The notes beneath the pieces were generated by a model. That model ran no database searches. It had not been told where the DNA came from and saw only the letters and a program-made list of their open reading frames with translations. Both the position numbers and the translations under genes were made by a program. Positions 35,421-48,318 of a stretch of DNA of 64,000 nucleotides are shown piece by piece (the stretch's first letter is position 1; each line of letters opens with the position of its first letter). This DNA is from Dictyostelium fasciculatum. Taxonomy: Eukaryota. The stretch lies in assembly GCF_000203815.1 (NCBI RefSeq), contig NW_004457624.1, positions 3,058,354-3,122,353 of the forward strand, given 5' to 3'.

Positions 35421-38115
35421 ATGTCACAACCATCGACCGTAATCAGAATCAAGCCCCACCAATATATTCATGTATGTTGTTTGTTGACTTTAATCACATG
35501 ATCATCAATCGATCAAATCAACCATCGACTGTTCTTTGTGTGAATTAATCACGATAATCATGTGTCAATCAATATATACTCAGTAATCTAACCATTTCAT
35601 TATTTTATTTACTCTATTTATATTTTTGTAGGTATTAGATAATAATACAAATGTTGCAAGAGTCGAGATTGGTCCACAAACCTTTACTCGTCTCGATCAC
35701 GAAAAGGTAGTTTCAGCATCACCATTGTCAATGATTATGATCCCACCAAGAAACTATTGTATTATTGAAAACCCAGTTATTAGAGGAGCTGATGGAAAGC
35801 TCATTCTCGATCAATTCGAACAACCAAAGCTCAGACACGGTGACACTGAGATTCGTTTTGCTCAAGATCCATTTGCATTATACCCAGGTGAAGTCCTCTT
35901 GGCCCCACCAGTCCCACTCCAAGTTGTACACGCCAACAGTGCCCTCCGTCTCAAGTGTCTTCGTGACTTTGTCGAGGTCACTGCCGACAAGAAGGAGCTC
36001 CACCACGTCGCCGGTGACGAGTGGCTCTTTGAAGGCCCAGGCACCTACTACCCCAAGGTCGAAGTCCAAGTTGTCGAAGTCGCCAAATCCACCATCATCA
36101 AGGAGAACCAAGCCCTCCGTCTCAGAGCCCGTCTCCAAACCACCGATCGTAAGGGTGTTGTCCGTCAACCAGGAGAAGAATGGTTGGTCCGTGACAGCGG
36201 TGCCTACTTGCCAGGTGTCTATGAAGAGATTGTTGGCTTTGTTGCCGCTCTTGTCTTGACCGACCGTATTGCCTACCAATTGCTTGCTCTCCGTTCCTTC
36301 AAGGATCAATTTGGCAAGTCCCGTCGTGCCGGTGAAGAGTGGATCATCACTCAAAAGGACAGCGACACTTACATCCCATCGGTCGATGAAAAGGTAGTTC
36401 GTGACTTGAAGGCCATCACCCTCACCAACCGTCAATACTGTATCGTCGCCGACCCAATCGACCCAACCTCTGGCAAGAACCAACTCGGCCACAAGCAACT
36501 CCGCAAGGGTGACCGCACATTCTTCCTCTTGCCAGGCGAAACCTTGGTAGGTGGTGTCCAAAACGTCAACGTCCTCGCCGAAGACGAAGCCCTCTTGCTC
36601 TCGGCCAAGGAAATGTTTGTCGAAAAGACAGAAAAGGAGACTGTTACCCGTAAGCCAGGAGACAGCTGGATGATCTATGGTCCAACCGACTATATCCCAC
36701 CCATTGAAATCGAAGTCGTCGAGAAGCGTAAGCGTATCCCATTGGACGTCAACGAAGGTATCTATGTCCGTGACACCAAGACTGGCAAGGTCCGTTCCGT
36801 CATTGGCGCCTCGTACATGTTGTCTGCCAACGAAGAGAGATGGCCAAAGCCCCTCACCCCAATCGTCGACGAGCTCCTCTCCAAGTCGGCCACCCGTGAC
36901 GCCAACGAAGAGTCCAACGATGTTGAACGTGATCCAACTGAAGTCGTCACTTACCGTGTCCCACACAATGCCGCCGTCCAAATCTATGACTACCGTAAAA
37001 AGGAGGCTCGTGTCATTTTCGGTCCAGAGTTGGTCATGCTCGCTCCAGATGAAGAGTTTACCGTCCTCTCCCTCTCTGGTAAGATTCCAAAGCGTCCAAA
37101 CCATATTCGTTCCCTCGCCCTCTTCCTCGGTCCAGATTTCATGACTGATCTCATCACTGTCGAAACTGCCGATCATGCTCGTCTCTCCTTGAAGCTCTCC
37201 TACAACTGGCATTTCAAGATCGATCCAAAGAATACTAGCAAGTTGTTTGCCTCATCCGATTTCACTGGTGATTTGTGCAAGGCTACTGGTTCTTTGGTTC
37301 GTGCTGCCGTCGCTGCCTCCACTTTTGACAACTTCCACAAGCACTCTTCGGAAATCATCCACGAAGCTGTCTTTGGCAAGACTGAAGATGGTAGCCCATG
37401 CGACCAATTGGTTTTCGAAACCAACGGTCTCGTCATTACCAACATTGATGTTCAATCTGTAGAACCAGTTGATCAACGTACCTTGGACTCTCTCCAAAAG
37501 TCTGTCCAATTGGCCATTGAAATTACCACAAAGTCACAAGAACAATCTGCCCGTCAAGATGCCGAACGTCTTGAACAAATTGCTCGTGGTGAATTGGAAC
37601 GTCAAAAGATTGTTGATGAAGCCCATGCCGAACGTGCTCGTTCCAACCTCGTCAAGCTCCAAGCTCAATCTGCCTCTGTCGAATCCACCGGTCAAGCTAT
37701 CGCTGAAGCCCGTGCTCGTGCTGAAGCCTCACTCATTGCCATCGACGCTGAAGTCAAGCAAGCCAAGCTCGAATGTGAAGCCTCTGAAATTGAAGCCGCC
37801 GCCGAACTCGAACAAACCATTGCCCTCCACGAATCTGAAATCGACCACATCCAATCACTCAATGAACTCGAGGTCAACAAGGCCAAGGAACTCGCTGGCA
37901 TTGAAGTCTCCAAGTTTTCCAACCAAGTCGAAGCCCTCGGTACCGAAACCATCAAATCCATTGCCCAAGCTGGCCCAGAAATGCAAGCCAAGCTCCTCGG
38001 CGGTCTCGGTCTCAAGAGTTTCATGATTACCGACGGTAAATCTCCAATCAATCTCCTCAATACCGCTAATGGTTTAATCGGTAATACTTCATCTGGTTCA
38101 TTTGGTGATTTCTAA
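35421..38115 (+). CDS. mvp: Major vault protein, paralog B. Exons 35421..35471 and 35632..38115 (844 aa).
   Basis: [17 protein letters not shown]|[49 protein letters not shown]... collinear with paralog A and human MVP (about 60% identity to paralog A by eye). The intron is GTATGT...TTTGTAG. Confidence 0.9.
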
Positions 38116-38349
38116 AAATTGAAAAAAGAAACAAAAAAAAATCATAGATCAAAAAATTATCTTTCCCTATCATCACACAAAACAAAAATGTAACACTTTT
38201 TGTTTCAATCAAAAAAAAGTTAAAAAAGATAGTTTTATTATAAAACAAAATAAATCAAAATTGTAAATTAAATTTAAACAAAACAGAATAATAATATAGA
38301 ACAATATAATTGATTATTTACACTTTTTTTTTTTATATTTATTTATTTA

Positions 38350-39969
38350 TTAATTGCGTAATGAGAAAAATGTTGGAGGTGATGAAATTAGATTTTGTAT
38401 ATTATTATTATTATTGCGTTTAATGTTTAATGGATTGGGTAATAAATCATCAGAACATTCTTGGATATCATCATCTTCTTCTACTTCTTCTTCTTCTTCT
38501 TCATTGATTGGATTTATAAGATTGGATATTGATAATTTGGAAGATGATATAGAAGAAGATTGATTAATACGATGTTCAGAAAATGGTATTGGTTGTGGAT
38601 GACTATTATTATTATTATTATTATGATTGTTGTGATGATTATTATGATATGGGGAATAACGATTAGGACTTGAATTCCCAGATCCTGTAGAAAGATTTAA
38701 AATTCTTGGTGGCGTAGTGGAAGAGGGAGTAGTGGAAGCACTACCATTATTTGATGATGGAGGACTACCATTTAATTGGAATGGTTTATCTTCTCGGAGT
38801 GGATGTGGAAATGTTGGTGGGAAATCAAATTCATCAATGGATGTAGGTTGACTAATCCGATGATTCATCATTGATGGAACTTTCTGATCTCTAAAACTAA
38901 AAAATGATGGTGTTATATTTCCATTTGGTAAATCATTTACCCCAGTATTTTGATTTCTTTGAGGACCTTGATTTCTTAATTGTTGATGAATATATTTTAA
39001 TTTATGATCAAATATTTGATTATTATTAATATTAGTGTTATTGTCAAAACTAAATGATCTACTTCTTGGTCTTGCACTTGGTGATGCCATTGATAATTTG
39101 TTAATTTCAAATAGTGATTTTGAAGGTGGTACTCCTGATAAAGGTCCATTATTATTAGTATTATTGGTTGAGTTTGATTGACCATTGACAGAGGAACGAG
39201 TAGGTGAAAACATTAAAGATGAAAAGGATGAAGTCAAGAGTGGAGTAGAGGTATTTGAATTTGCTGAACCATAAATGGGAGGTGAAAGTATAAAATGATT
39301 ATTTTGATTATTATTATTATTGGAATGAAATTCAGGTGATAATAAAGGTGAAAGAATTGGAGATGATGGATTTGATATTAAAATATTGTTGGCTGAAAGA
39401 TCATCTTCCCATGGATCATTATAATCTTTTAATTTCCAATATCCATAACAATCATGTCTATCTGCTCCACTAACAAATAATCTTCTACAATGTGAAAGTG
39501 CATCTTGTAATTGTTTTCTCCATCCATTTGTTTCTTTAAAAAAAAATTAAATTAATAAATAGAAAAAAGATTTGATTTTTTTTTGTATGTTTTTTTGTTT
39601 ATATTTACTTTTCTTTTTTGAACAAATAATATCCCAATGAGTAGCAACATAACCATAGACATCTTTTTTTAGGTTAAAAAATTCCTTTTCTGGATATAAT
39701 TGTTTTAAACAATAAAATACAACTCGTAGGATAGAGACCCAAGATACTGATCTAGATACTAGACATGGTGGTAATTCTTTGGTACAAATAAGACAATAAT
39801 TTGGAAATGGACATGGTTCAATGGTTGGTTGAACAATTGGTGATGTTGCCATTGATGATGGCATTGATGATGATGATGAAGAGGATGATGAAGAAGAATT
39901 ATATGATGGAGGAGAATTTGATCGATTATCATAATCATCCAAATAATGAATTGTGGATGTTTGATTCAT
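38350..39969 (-). CDS. S/N-rich low-complexity protein with an N-terminal Cys-rich motif (CPFPNYCLICTKELPPC ... HW ... WRKQLQDALSHCRRLFVSGADRHDCYGYW). Exons 39609..39969 and 38350..39533 (about 514 aa).
   Basis: ORFs 39547..39969 and 38350..39237 are continuous after removing the intron 39534..39608 (GTAAAT...TTTAAAG). The total is 1545 nt, divisible by 3. It has long poly-S, poly-N, HNNHHNNHNNNNNN and EEEEEVEEDDD tracts. No confident family assignment. Confidence 0.4.
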
Positions 39970-40900
39970 AATTTCTCTCTCTTTTTTTGGAAAAAAATTA
40001 ATATTATTTTTTAAAAAAAAACAATGACAAAAAATATTAATATTAAAATATTATAATTTAAAATATATGATTTGAATAGTGTAGAAATGCAGTGCAGTGA
40101 TACATTGACCAAACGACAGGGTATATATTGCAACTAATTAATGAAAAGATAAACAAAAAAAAAAAACAAAAAAAGTAGGTTGTTGGAGTTTTAATGGCAA
40201 TTCAAGAATACAGAAGGGTACATAAAGGGGGGGTTAAAAAGACCAAAGAGTTGGATAATGATGATGATGATGAGGAGGAAAATAGGAAGAGGATGATGAT
40301 TAATCAGGCAACAGTGTTTAGGGAATTTAAAGTTTGACGTACGTAGGTGGTTAGGAAAATAAATAAATATATAAATGTGTGGGGGGTTTTTTAAAAAAAA
40401 AAATAACCTATATTAGTTAAATGATCAACGGATTGGTTGGTGAGGAATTATCTTATCTATTTACCTATCTATTGGAATCTTAAAAAAAATTTGGGAAAAA
40501 AAAAAAAAAAAAAAGTAAAAGAAAAAAGAAGAACTTGTCTTTTTTACTCCTCTTTTTTGGATAAATATATATATATGGTTGTACTGATTGTATGTATGTG
40601 TGGGGGTGTGTTTATGTCAATCAACAAATAAATATTAAATTTAAATCAACCAATTACAATTGACAATGGATGGATATTTTTTAAAAAACAAAAGTAAAAC
40701 TGTTTTGGTATTTTTTAAAAAATGAGTAGTTGGGTTGGTAATTGTAATCAGTCAAGTAAGACTGACGCTGGCGAGGTGTTGAATAAATGACTCTGTGATA
40801 CAGTTGGTGGTGGTGGTGGATATTAATATTTTTTGATTTGTTATTCTCTCTTTGTTGTACAACTTTAAAATAAAAAGGATCAATATTGACTCTTTGATTT

Positions 40901-40931
<31 letters not shown>

Positions 40932-42419
40932 TTGGTTGGGATTAACAGTAGGAATAGGAAGAGAGGAGGAGAAACAACAAAATAGTAGAAGCGACAACGG
41001 CGGATTGATCTATGACGTAAATCATTAAAATAAGTTATTATGTTGTTATTGTTGGTGTTTCAAAAAATTATATAATTTTGTTGCCAATTATTCATATTGG
41101 CATGTGCCCTCTACTGGCCAGTAGTAGCACGGCTGGCATGTCAGAGAGAGTGAGTGTCTGTGAGTGTGTTACAACACAAAGCTCCACACTTGTTCTCTCT
41201 CCCCTTTTTTGTTGTCACAAACATTCGTACCCCCCTTTTTATTTTAAAACTTTAAACTAACTTGAAGCAACCACATACGATGTATATAGTGGATTGGTGT
41301 TGTTGTTGTTGTTGTTGTATCTGTTGCGCCCACCTCTAAAGATAACCACCTACCCCACCACCACTACCACTCCCATTCCAATCCATCCATTGATCTTTTT
41401 TTCTCAAAAACAAACAAAGACACACACCCCTACAAAAAGAGAAATGCATTTGGTGTGTGAGTGTGTTTGTCGATTCAACCTTTAAAGTGTGATCTGATGT
41501 TTGTTGACTGGTTGTCATTTTCATTTTTACCAGTTTAGGATGGATTATCGTTCGATTTATTGTTGACTATTTGGCAGGAGCAGCTGTTGCGGCGGAGGAA
41601 GCTGTTGATTTCACCCCGATTACATTACCAATTAGACCTATTATTAGAAGACAGATGTAGAGAGAGAGAGAAAAAGAGTGGGAAAGGGTTTTAAAATAAA
41701 TTAATTAGTTCGGCGCCTGTCATATTTTCTTTTCTTCCATGGTTTTGTTGTTGTTGTTATTTCCTCTACGAATGAGATCACTTCGACGACAAATGGGGTT
41801 CATTATGAATATTGTCACCAACTACCTCTAACCTACAAAAATGGTGGTAGTGGTGGTCGATCTACTCCTCTTCTTAATAATAATATTTCCACACGTTTTC
41901 TCGACGATATATATCGTTCGCTACTTTTGAATCGCAACCATCTCTCTAGAGAAACCACACAACCTCTCCTCCTTGTCGTGCCCCACCCACCAATTCTCCA
42001 TACTATACGACACTAAAGTGGAGTGGTTGCTGGGCTTGTTCCCAACCAAAACTCTCATCTTTTCTTCTCCACCACTTCTACTACGAGAGCTGCAAAGTGT
42101 CAAAGAGAGAGAGAGAGAGTAGGAACCCCATTTTAGGTTAATAATGGATGGGTGTTTTTGTTGTCATCACACGACAGATTGGTTGTGATTGTTTCGTGGC
42201 GGCACGAATGATTGTACATTTTTGAATGCGATGCGATGGTTTTGATGGTAAATGTTGTGTACTAATTAATTATCGCGATTATCATCATTTGATTGGTCAG
42301 ATTGACTGAAATGAAGGAGTGAAAGAATGAGAGAGTGAGTGAGAGAGAGATGATACATACTTCCAATATAAACAACTCCATCCCTTTCAACAACATTTGT
42401 GATAACTTTTAGTTTGGAT

Positions 42420-43784
42420 TGACTACCTTGTAATGACCCTAGAATATCTCCAGACTAGTACAACAATCAAAAATAAAATGTTAGTTGACTAACCTCTACG
42501 ATCATTCATCATTCATTTTGTGTAATTTACCTTGGGATCAGCAATTACAACCATTGGAACACCATGGGGTTTTGGGAATAAAAAGGGAAGTCTAATTCCC
42601 AATCTTTTAATCATTGGATAAGGAGAAAGGAAATCCATAATCTTTGATCTCATTCCAAAAATGGCAATATATAATTTACCATCATCACCCATTCTAATTC
42701 CATCTGGATACCCTGGTAAATTATCAATAAAAACTTGTGATTTTCCAGCTACAAAATAAATTAATTAATTTAATAAATAAAATATATAAGTTTTTTGTTT
42801 TTTCTTATTTACCATTAACACCTTTAATCCAATATCTTAAAACTCTTGAAGTTGCAGATTCACAAACAAAAACACTATTTTCTTCTTGATCCAATGTTAC
42901 TCCATTTGAATAGGCAATCTTTTCAATCAACACCTTTGTTATTTTTGTCTTTGGGTTGTATGATAGGAATTTTCCAGCAGGTTGACCACTAAAACAAGTA
43001 AAAATAGATGGAATATATGTATTCCAATCACCAGCTTTATCTAAAATTGGTGCCAATGTTGTACTATCACTAAAATAAATCATTCCATCTGTTGCACATG
43101 CTACATCCTATAAAACATTGATACAATAAATAAATATATATACATAAATAATATTCTCTACCCCCTTTTTTTTTGATTCCTTTCATACATTTACAAAAGT
43201 TAATTTTTGAGTACCATTAAATTGACCAGTTAGAATTTCCAATATATTTGTATTTTTGTTTAGTCTTAGTAAACCCTTGACAGAGTCTGCAATCAATAGA
43301 TTTTCATCTTGATCAAAGAATATACCAAGTGGTCTACCAACCACGACTACAGAGTGCGATGGTGATGCAGTACCCGTAGTACCAACATGAACATCTTTAT
43401 GTTTGATATATCTAATCTCACCAGTTTTCAATGAAAAGTATATATCTCCTTGTTTATTTATTGCAATTGATTCAGGTCCTTCATATGATCCTAAAAATAA
43501 AAAAAAGAAAGATATTAATATTAAAAAAGAAAGAGTGAGAGAGAGAGATTCTCTTTTGTATATAACATACCTAAATGTATATAATCAATCTTGTCTAATT
43601 CATTATTGGGAGGATAAGCATCACCATATATAGGTTGAGGATGTGTAGCTATAAAATCCAAGTCGATAGCTTGTTTGAGACCAAACATGCCAAGTGGAGG
43701 TAAAAGTGAAAGTGTTCCCAAACAAACAGCTAATCCCAACATGAAATAGTTTACTAATCTCTTCATTTCTTTCTTCTCGAACAA
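42420..43784 (-). CDS. Strictosidine-synthase-like / APMAP-family six-bladed beta-propeller protein with an N-terminal signal anchor. It has at least 5 exons and the 3' boundary is approximate.
   Basis: Exon ORFs 43521..43784 (MKRLVNYFMLGLAVCLGTLSLLPPLGMF..), 43183..43431 (..GRPLGIFFDQDENLLIADSVKGLLRL..) and 42805..43083 (MIYFSDSTTLAP..FLSYNPKTKITKVLIEKIAYSNGVTLDQEENSVFVCESATSRVLRYWIKG), then ..PGYPDGIRMGDDGKLYIAIFG.. and ..ITNVVERDGVVYIGS on the minus strand at 42420..42770. Confidence 0.6.
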
Positions 43785-44366
43785 ATAATTCTTTACTTGT
43801 AATAATAATAAGAATGATTGAAAAGAGTTAACCTTTTTTTTTGATTATGATGATGATGAAGTTCACACTTTTTTTTTAAAATTAAAAAAAATACCTAGGT
43901 ATTTTTGGAAGCTTGCAAAGGTTATTTAGTTGTTTTTACAAAAATATAAAAAGAATAAAAGAAATGAATACTTTTTGGTTAAAGTATAAAGTATTATGGT
44001 TTGTCCAAAATACACACGCAACTTGTTCACAATTAAAGATCTATTATTTTTTATTTGTGTTTCGTAGTAGTGAGTGAGTGAGAGTTTAAAGTTTGGTTTC
44101 GTAATTATTATTTGTTATTATTATGTGTATTTTGTTTGTTGGTTGGGGATTAATTAATTTGTACATATATGTTTTATATGATTACTATTTGTGAATTCAC
44201 TCGTTAAACTCCAAAAAGTATATCGATTCATTTATAAATAATAATAATTATTATTATTATTTGTTTGTTGTTGTTGTTTTAAAAATTAAAGAGAGGAAGG
44301 AAAAGGATCAATGTAATAAATATTTTGATTTTGTTATTGTTGTTGTATATGTTTGTTTTGATGAAT

Positions 44367-44979
44367 CTATTGGAAACCAGATGGAGCTCCACCAAAACCA
44401 CCTCCACCAAAACCACCTCTATCACCAAATCCTCTACCACGACCTCCTCTATCACCACCACCGAATCCACCTCTGTCACCACCGAATCCACCTCTTTCAC
44501 CAAATCCACGTCCTCTACCTATATAATATGTTGAAATGAGTTGTTTGTTTGTTTGTTAGTAAGTATCATTGTCTAATGTGTCTTGTTGTGTCTGTTGTTG
44601 TTGTTGTTTTGATATTACCTCCACCTCTACCTCTTTCACCTGGAGGACCACCACCTCTAGTTCCTCTACCCATAGTTCTACCAATACCCAAACTCTTTCC
44701 ACGTAGTACAGTCTTTCCATCGATACGCTTAAACATGGGAGCGTTCTTGAGAATGTCGGGCAAGATGATGAATCTAATCTTGCTGCCACGAATGTAGATT
44801 TGTTCGAGTTGTGATTGCTTGCCATCTCTAGCAGTCATTGTAACAATCTTTAACTTGCAATTCATATTGTCTTCACTTTGCATCAATGTGCCTCTGTACA
44901 TTTCACCATTCTTTAACTCGATCGTCACTATATGTGAATCTGCTTCGTGTAAGATCTTGACTGGTACTCCAATACTCAT
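44367..44979 (-). CDS. snrpd3: Small nuclear ribonucleoprotein Sm D3, with the Sm fold in exon 1 (44619..44979) and an RG/FGG-rich tail in exon 2 (44367..44518); 170 aa.
   Basis: [83 protein letters not shown] matches human SmD3 ([70 protein letters not shown]). The tail is [39 protein letters not shown]. The intron is GTAATA...TATATAG. The sum is 513 nt. Confidence 0.85.
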
Positions 44980-45512
44980 TCTTACTTTTATCTATCTAAA
45001 TATATAAATATATATATATATATAATATATCGTCGTTGTCTAATATGATTCGATCAAGCTAATTGTATGTGAGATTGAGAATCGAAAGCAACTGATCTTC
45101 AGGTTCAGCTGAATAATACAAAAAAAAAAACAAATAAAATTTTCACTGTCGAAATTGTCAAAGTACTTCATTACTTACACAAGTCTACAACAATATTATT
45201 GTAGTATTATTATTATTATTATTATTCATTTCATTGTATCTGCAGATAAGAATATTATTATCAACATACATTACATTACATGCATATAAGATCACAAATC
45301 AATCAACCAAACATTCAATCAATTTGCACAACTAATTGCGTCACGTGACAGACACTTTATAAGTCGAAGATCATTAAAAAGTGTAAATCAAGAATAGAGA
45401 AAGAGACTTCATTTAAAAGACTTATCCACTAAAGGTTAAACCCAAGTTATAACACACAACGAGAAGTGATAGAGAGAAGATATGGCCGATGCTCTCTCTA
45501 CTACAACTATTT

Positions 45513-45794
45513 TTAGTGTTTGGTGTGAAAAGTTGGTTTGGTTTCCCACTCACAATCTTTTATTACAAGATTGACGTCTCTTGTTTTCATTGATAGAGCA
45601 GTTGCCAAAGATACACACACTCTTTGTTTGCCATAGGGTATCTTCTTGAGCAAACAATGCAATTTGTGTAGGGGTGTGGTGGTTTTCAAGGACAATGTTG
45701 TGGATGGGGGGTGACGAGACCAATAGGGTGATGCCTGTTTGATGATGGTGCTGATAAATAAAGGTTCTGATGTAGCATCACCATCTGCCATCAT
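45513..45794 (-). CDS. Hypothetical small protein (93 aa) with no confident homology. It could be a mis-framed part of a spliced gene.
   Basis: ORF 45513..45794 (-) has moderate GC in an otherwise AT-rich region. No recognisable motifs beyond a weak resemblance of ..DVNLVIKDCEWE.. to an Sm/LSm-like strand. Confidence 0.2.
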   Translation of the reverse strand: MMADGDATSEPLFISTIIKQASPYWSRHPPSTTLSLKTTTPLHKLHCLLKKIPYGKQRVCVSLATALSMKTRDVNLVIKDCEWETKPTFHTKH

Positions 45795-46081
45795 CCATTA
45801 TCCACAAACTCATAAACCACCCAAGCAATCAGAAGTAGAAAGTGGATGAAAAGTTGTTTATTTAATTAGTTGTACATCATTCCATTCGTTCATCATCATT
45901 TAAATATACTACACAAAAAGGAGGATTCCAATATAATATAAAAAAAGAAAGAAAAGGGACCCTTTTCCAACATAAATATATCTAATATCAATATAAATAT
46001 TTATTCATTGTACATAATAATAATAATAATTTTTGTAAATTAAACACATACACACATCTTCTCCTCATAAATCACAAAAGA

Positions 46082-48262
46082 ATGATATTTCATTCACTTT
46101 CAATTCACCACAAAGTCCAAACCATTATTTTATTAATCTTTTTATACTCTGTCGATTTATATCTATGTGAGTGTCCAAATGGATACACCCAAACCAGCCA
46201 AGGTTGTATATTGGGTGGAAATGAAAGTGCTGTTCTCTCTATTTATCGAGTATGTATATACAAACATGTTTTCAATCAATCAATCATTTTATTAATGTCT
46301 TGTTTAGTGTACACATACAACAGATTCACAATTAAATTATATAAAGATTGCAAATACATCAACAGATAATATTTGTTTAAATTCAGAGTATGTATTTAAA
46401 TATCTCAATCTCAATCTCCACCATTCCATAAAAGAAAAAAAAACAAAACAATTATATTAATAACTATTTTTATCTTTCTCTCTCTTTTGGTTTATTTTTG
46501 GAATTTATTATAATTTCCTTTTCCTTTTTTCTTTTTTTTTTTTCTTTTTTATAGTTATACATTATCAAGTTATTGGGTATTAAATAATTTTGGAAGAAAA
46601 TTGAAATATATGGGATGTAAGAATACAAATGATGATACTTATTATGGTTTATTACAAACCTATCAAAGTAACCATGATGTGTGTAACGGTGCGGGTGAAG
46701 AGATTGTAAAGTCGCAAGACTATGATTTTACGAGTGCTCCTCTATGGCAATACCGGTATTTGGTGGTCGAGACATGTGCCAATTCCAATGGAATGTCTTA
46801 TTTTACACCTTCAACAACCCCATCAATGCCTAGTAGCAATTGTGCTCAGCAAATGTCAACTTTTGTGTATGATGTGGGACTACAGTATCCTTGTACATCG
46901 GTCTGCAAGAATGGAGGACAGTGTAGTGTACAAACTGGTGTGTGTGGATGTACAGCCCAATGGAAGGGTCCTGATTGCACTGAAGATGTTGATGAATGTC
47001 AGACCGTCAAACCGTGCAAAGGTATTTCTAGTTGTCTCAATACACCTGGTGGATACACATGTCTGTGTCCCAATGGATGGACACTCTCTTCCAACAACAA
47101 CAGTTGTGTTGATATCAATGAATGTACTGAATCGTCGCCATGTCACGGATCATCACAGTGTGTCAATACGGATGGGTCATATACTTGTTCATGTCCAAAA
47201 GGGTTCAGATATACCAATGGTGATTGCGCTGATATCAACGAGTGTACAGATACTACTACACCGGCTCAATGTGACACTTTATCCACCAAATGTATCAATA
47301 CTAATGGAGACTACCAATGTGATTGCAAGCCAGGATTCATACGTGGTACTAGTGCGTCGCCATACCAATGTCTCATGATACCTAGTGTCACTGCATTCTA
47401 CCAAGTATCAAAGACACAATACAACATTCATTTTAGTAGTAATACATCGGCATCAACCATTTCAATCAAGGTTGGATCGGTTGCCTGTGACAATCCAACC
47501 AACATTAATGCTACCACTCTAAGATGTACTGCTAAAAGTGGACAAGAAGTGATTGGATTGGTTTCATTCAAGATTCCAGAGATTAATGACTCCTATATAG
47601 TGTCTGTGTTTGACTATTCAGGATCACCATTTATAGTATCAGTGTCTACGTTTGATAACTATCTCACACCACTTACCATTGTAGGAAGACATTTTCCACA
47701 ACCTCTCATTGTTAGAATTGGAACAGAGACCTGTGATGTTGGATCATCAAATGAAACTATCATAGTTTGTACACCAAGTCGTGGAACAGGTAATAGATAT
47801 CTTACTATCCGTAATGAATCTATTGAAAATACAGACAATTATCAAATCACATTTCCAACTCCACGTATCGACAAAAACACAACCTATGACACCAAATCAA
47901 AGAATGCAAAGGTTCATGGATCAAACTTTGGTATTGACCCAACTGTCATCCAAGTAAAGATGGGATCCTATCAATGTCAAAATGTTAGTATTCTAGATGC
48001 TTTGGGATCGATTGTCGAGTGTCAAGTAATTGCTCAACTCGAACCAATCACATACAATCTACAGGTATTTGTAGATGGTATATCATCGAGTAACTCATTT
48101 TTTGTAGATGGATCGGACAATATTTTACAAGGAGTTGAATGTCCAGTTAATTGTAGTGGTCATGGAACATGTAGTCCTCAATTTGGTTGTCAATGTAATG
48201 ATGGTTTTACTGGTTATTCATGTGATCAAGTTTTAATAGATTCAATGCCAATGGTAGTAGAA

Positions 48263-48318
<56 letters not shown>

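Noticed and set aside
40000-42400. Several 60-90-aa ORFs (40437..40631, 40752..40997, 41078..41260, 41294..41524, 41921..42103) in the long intergenic interval.
   Set aside because: They are short, low-complexity, overlap one another on both strands and have no splice-consistent continuation. They were treated as non-coding.
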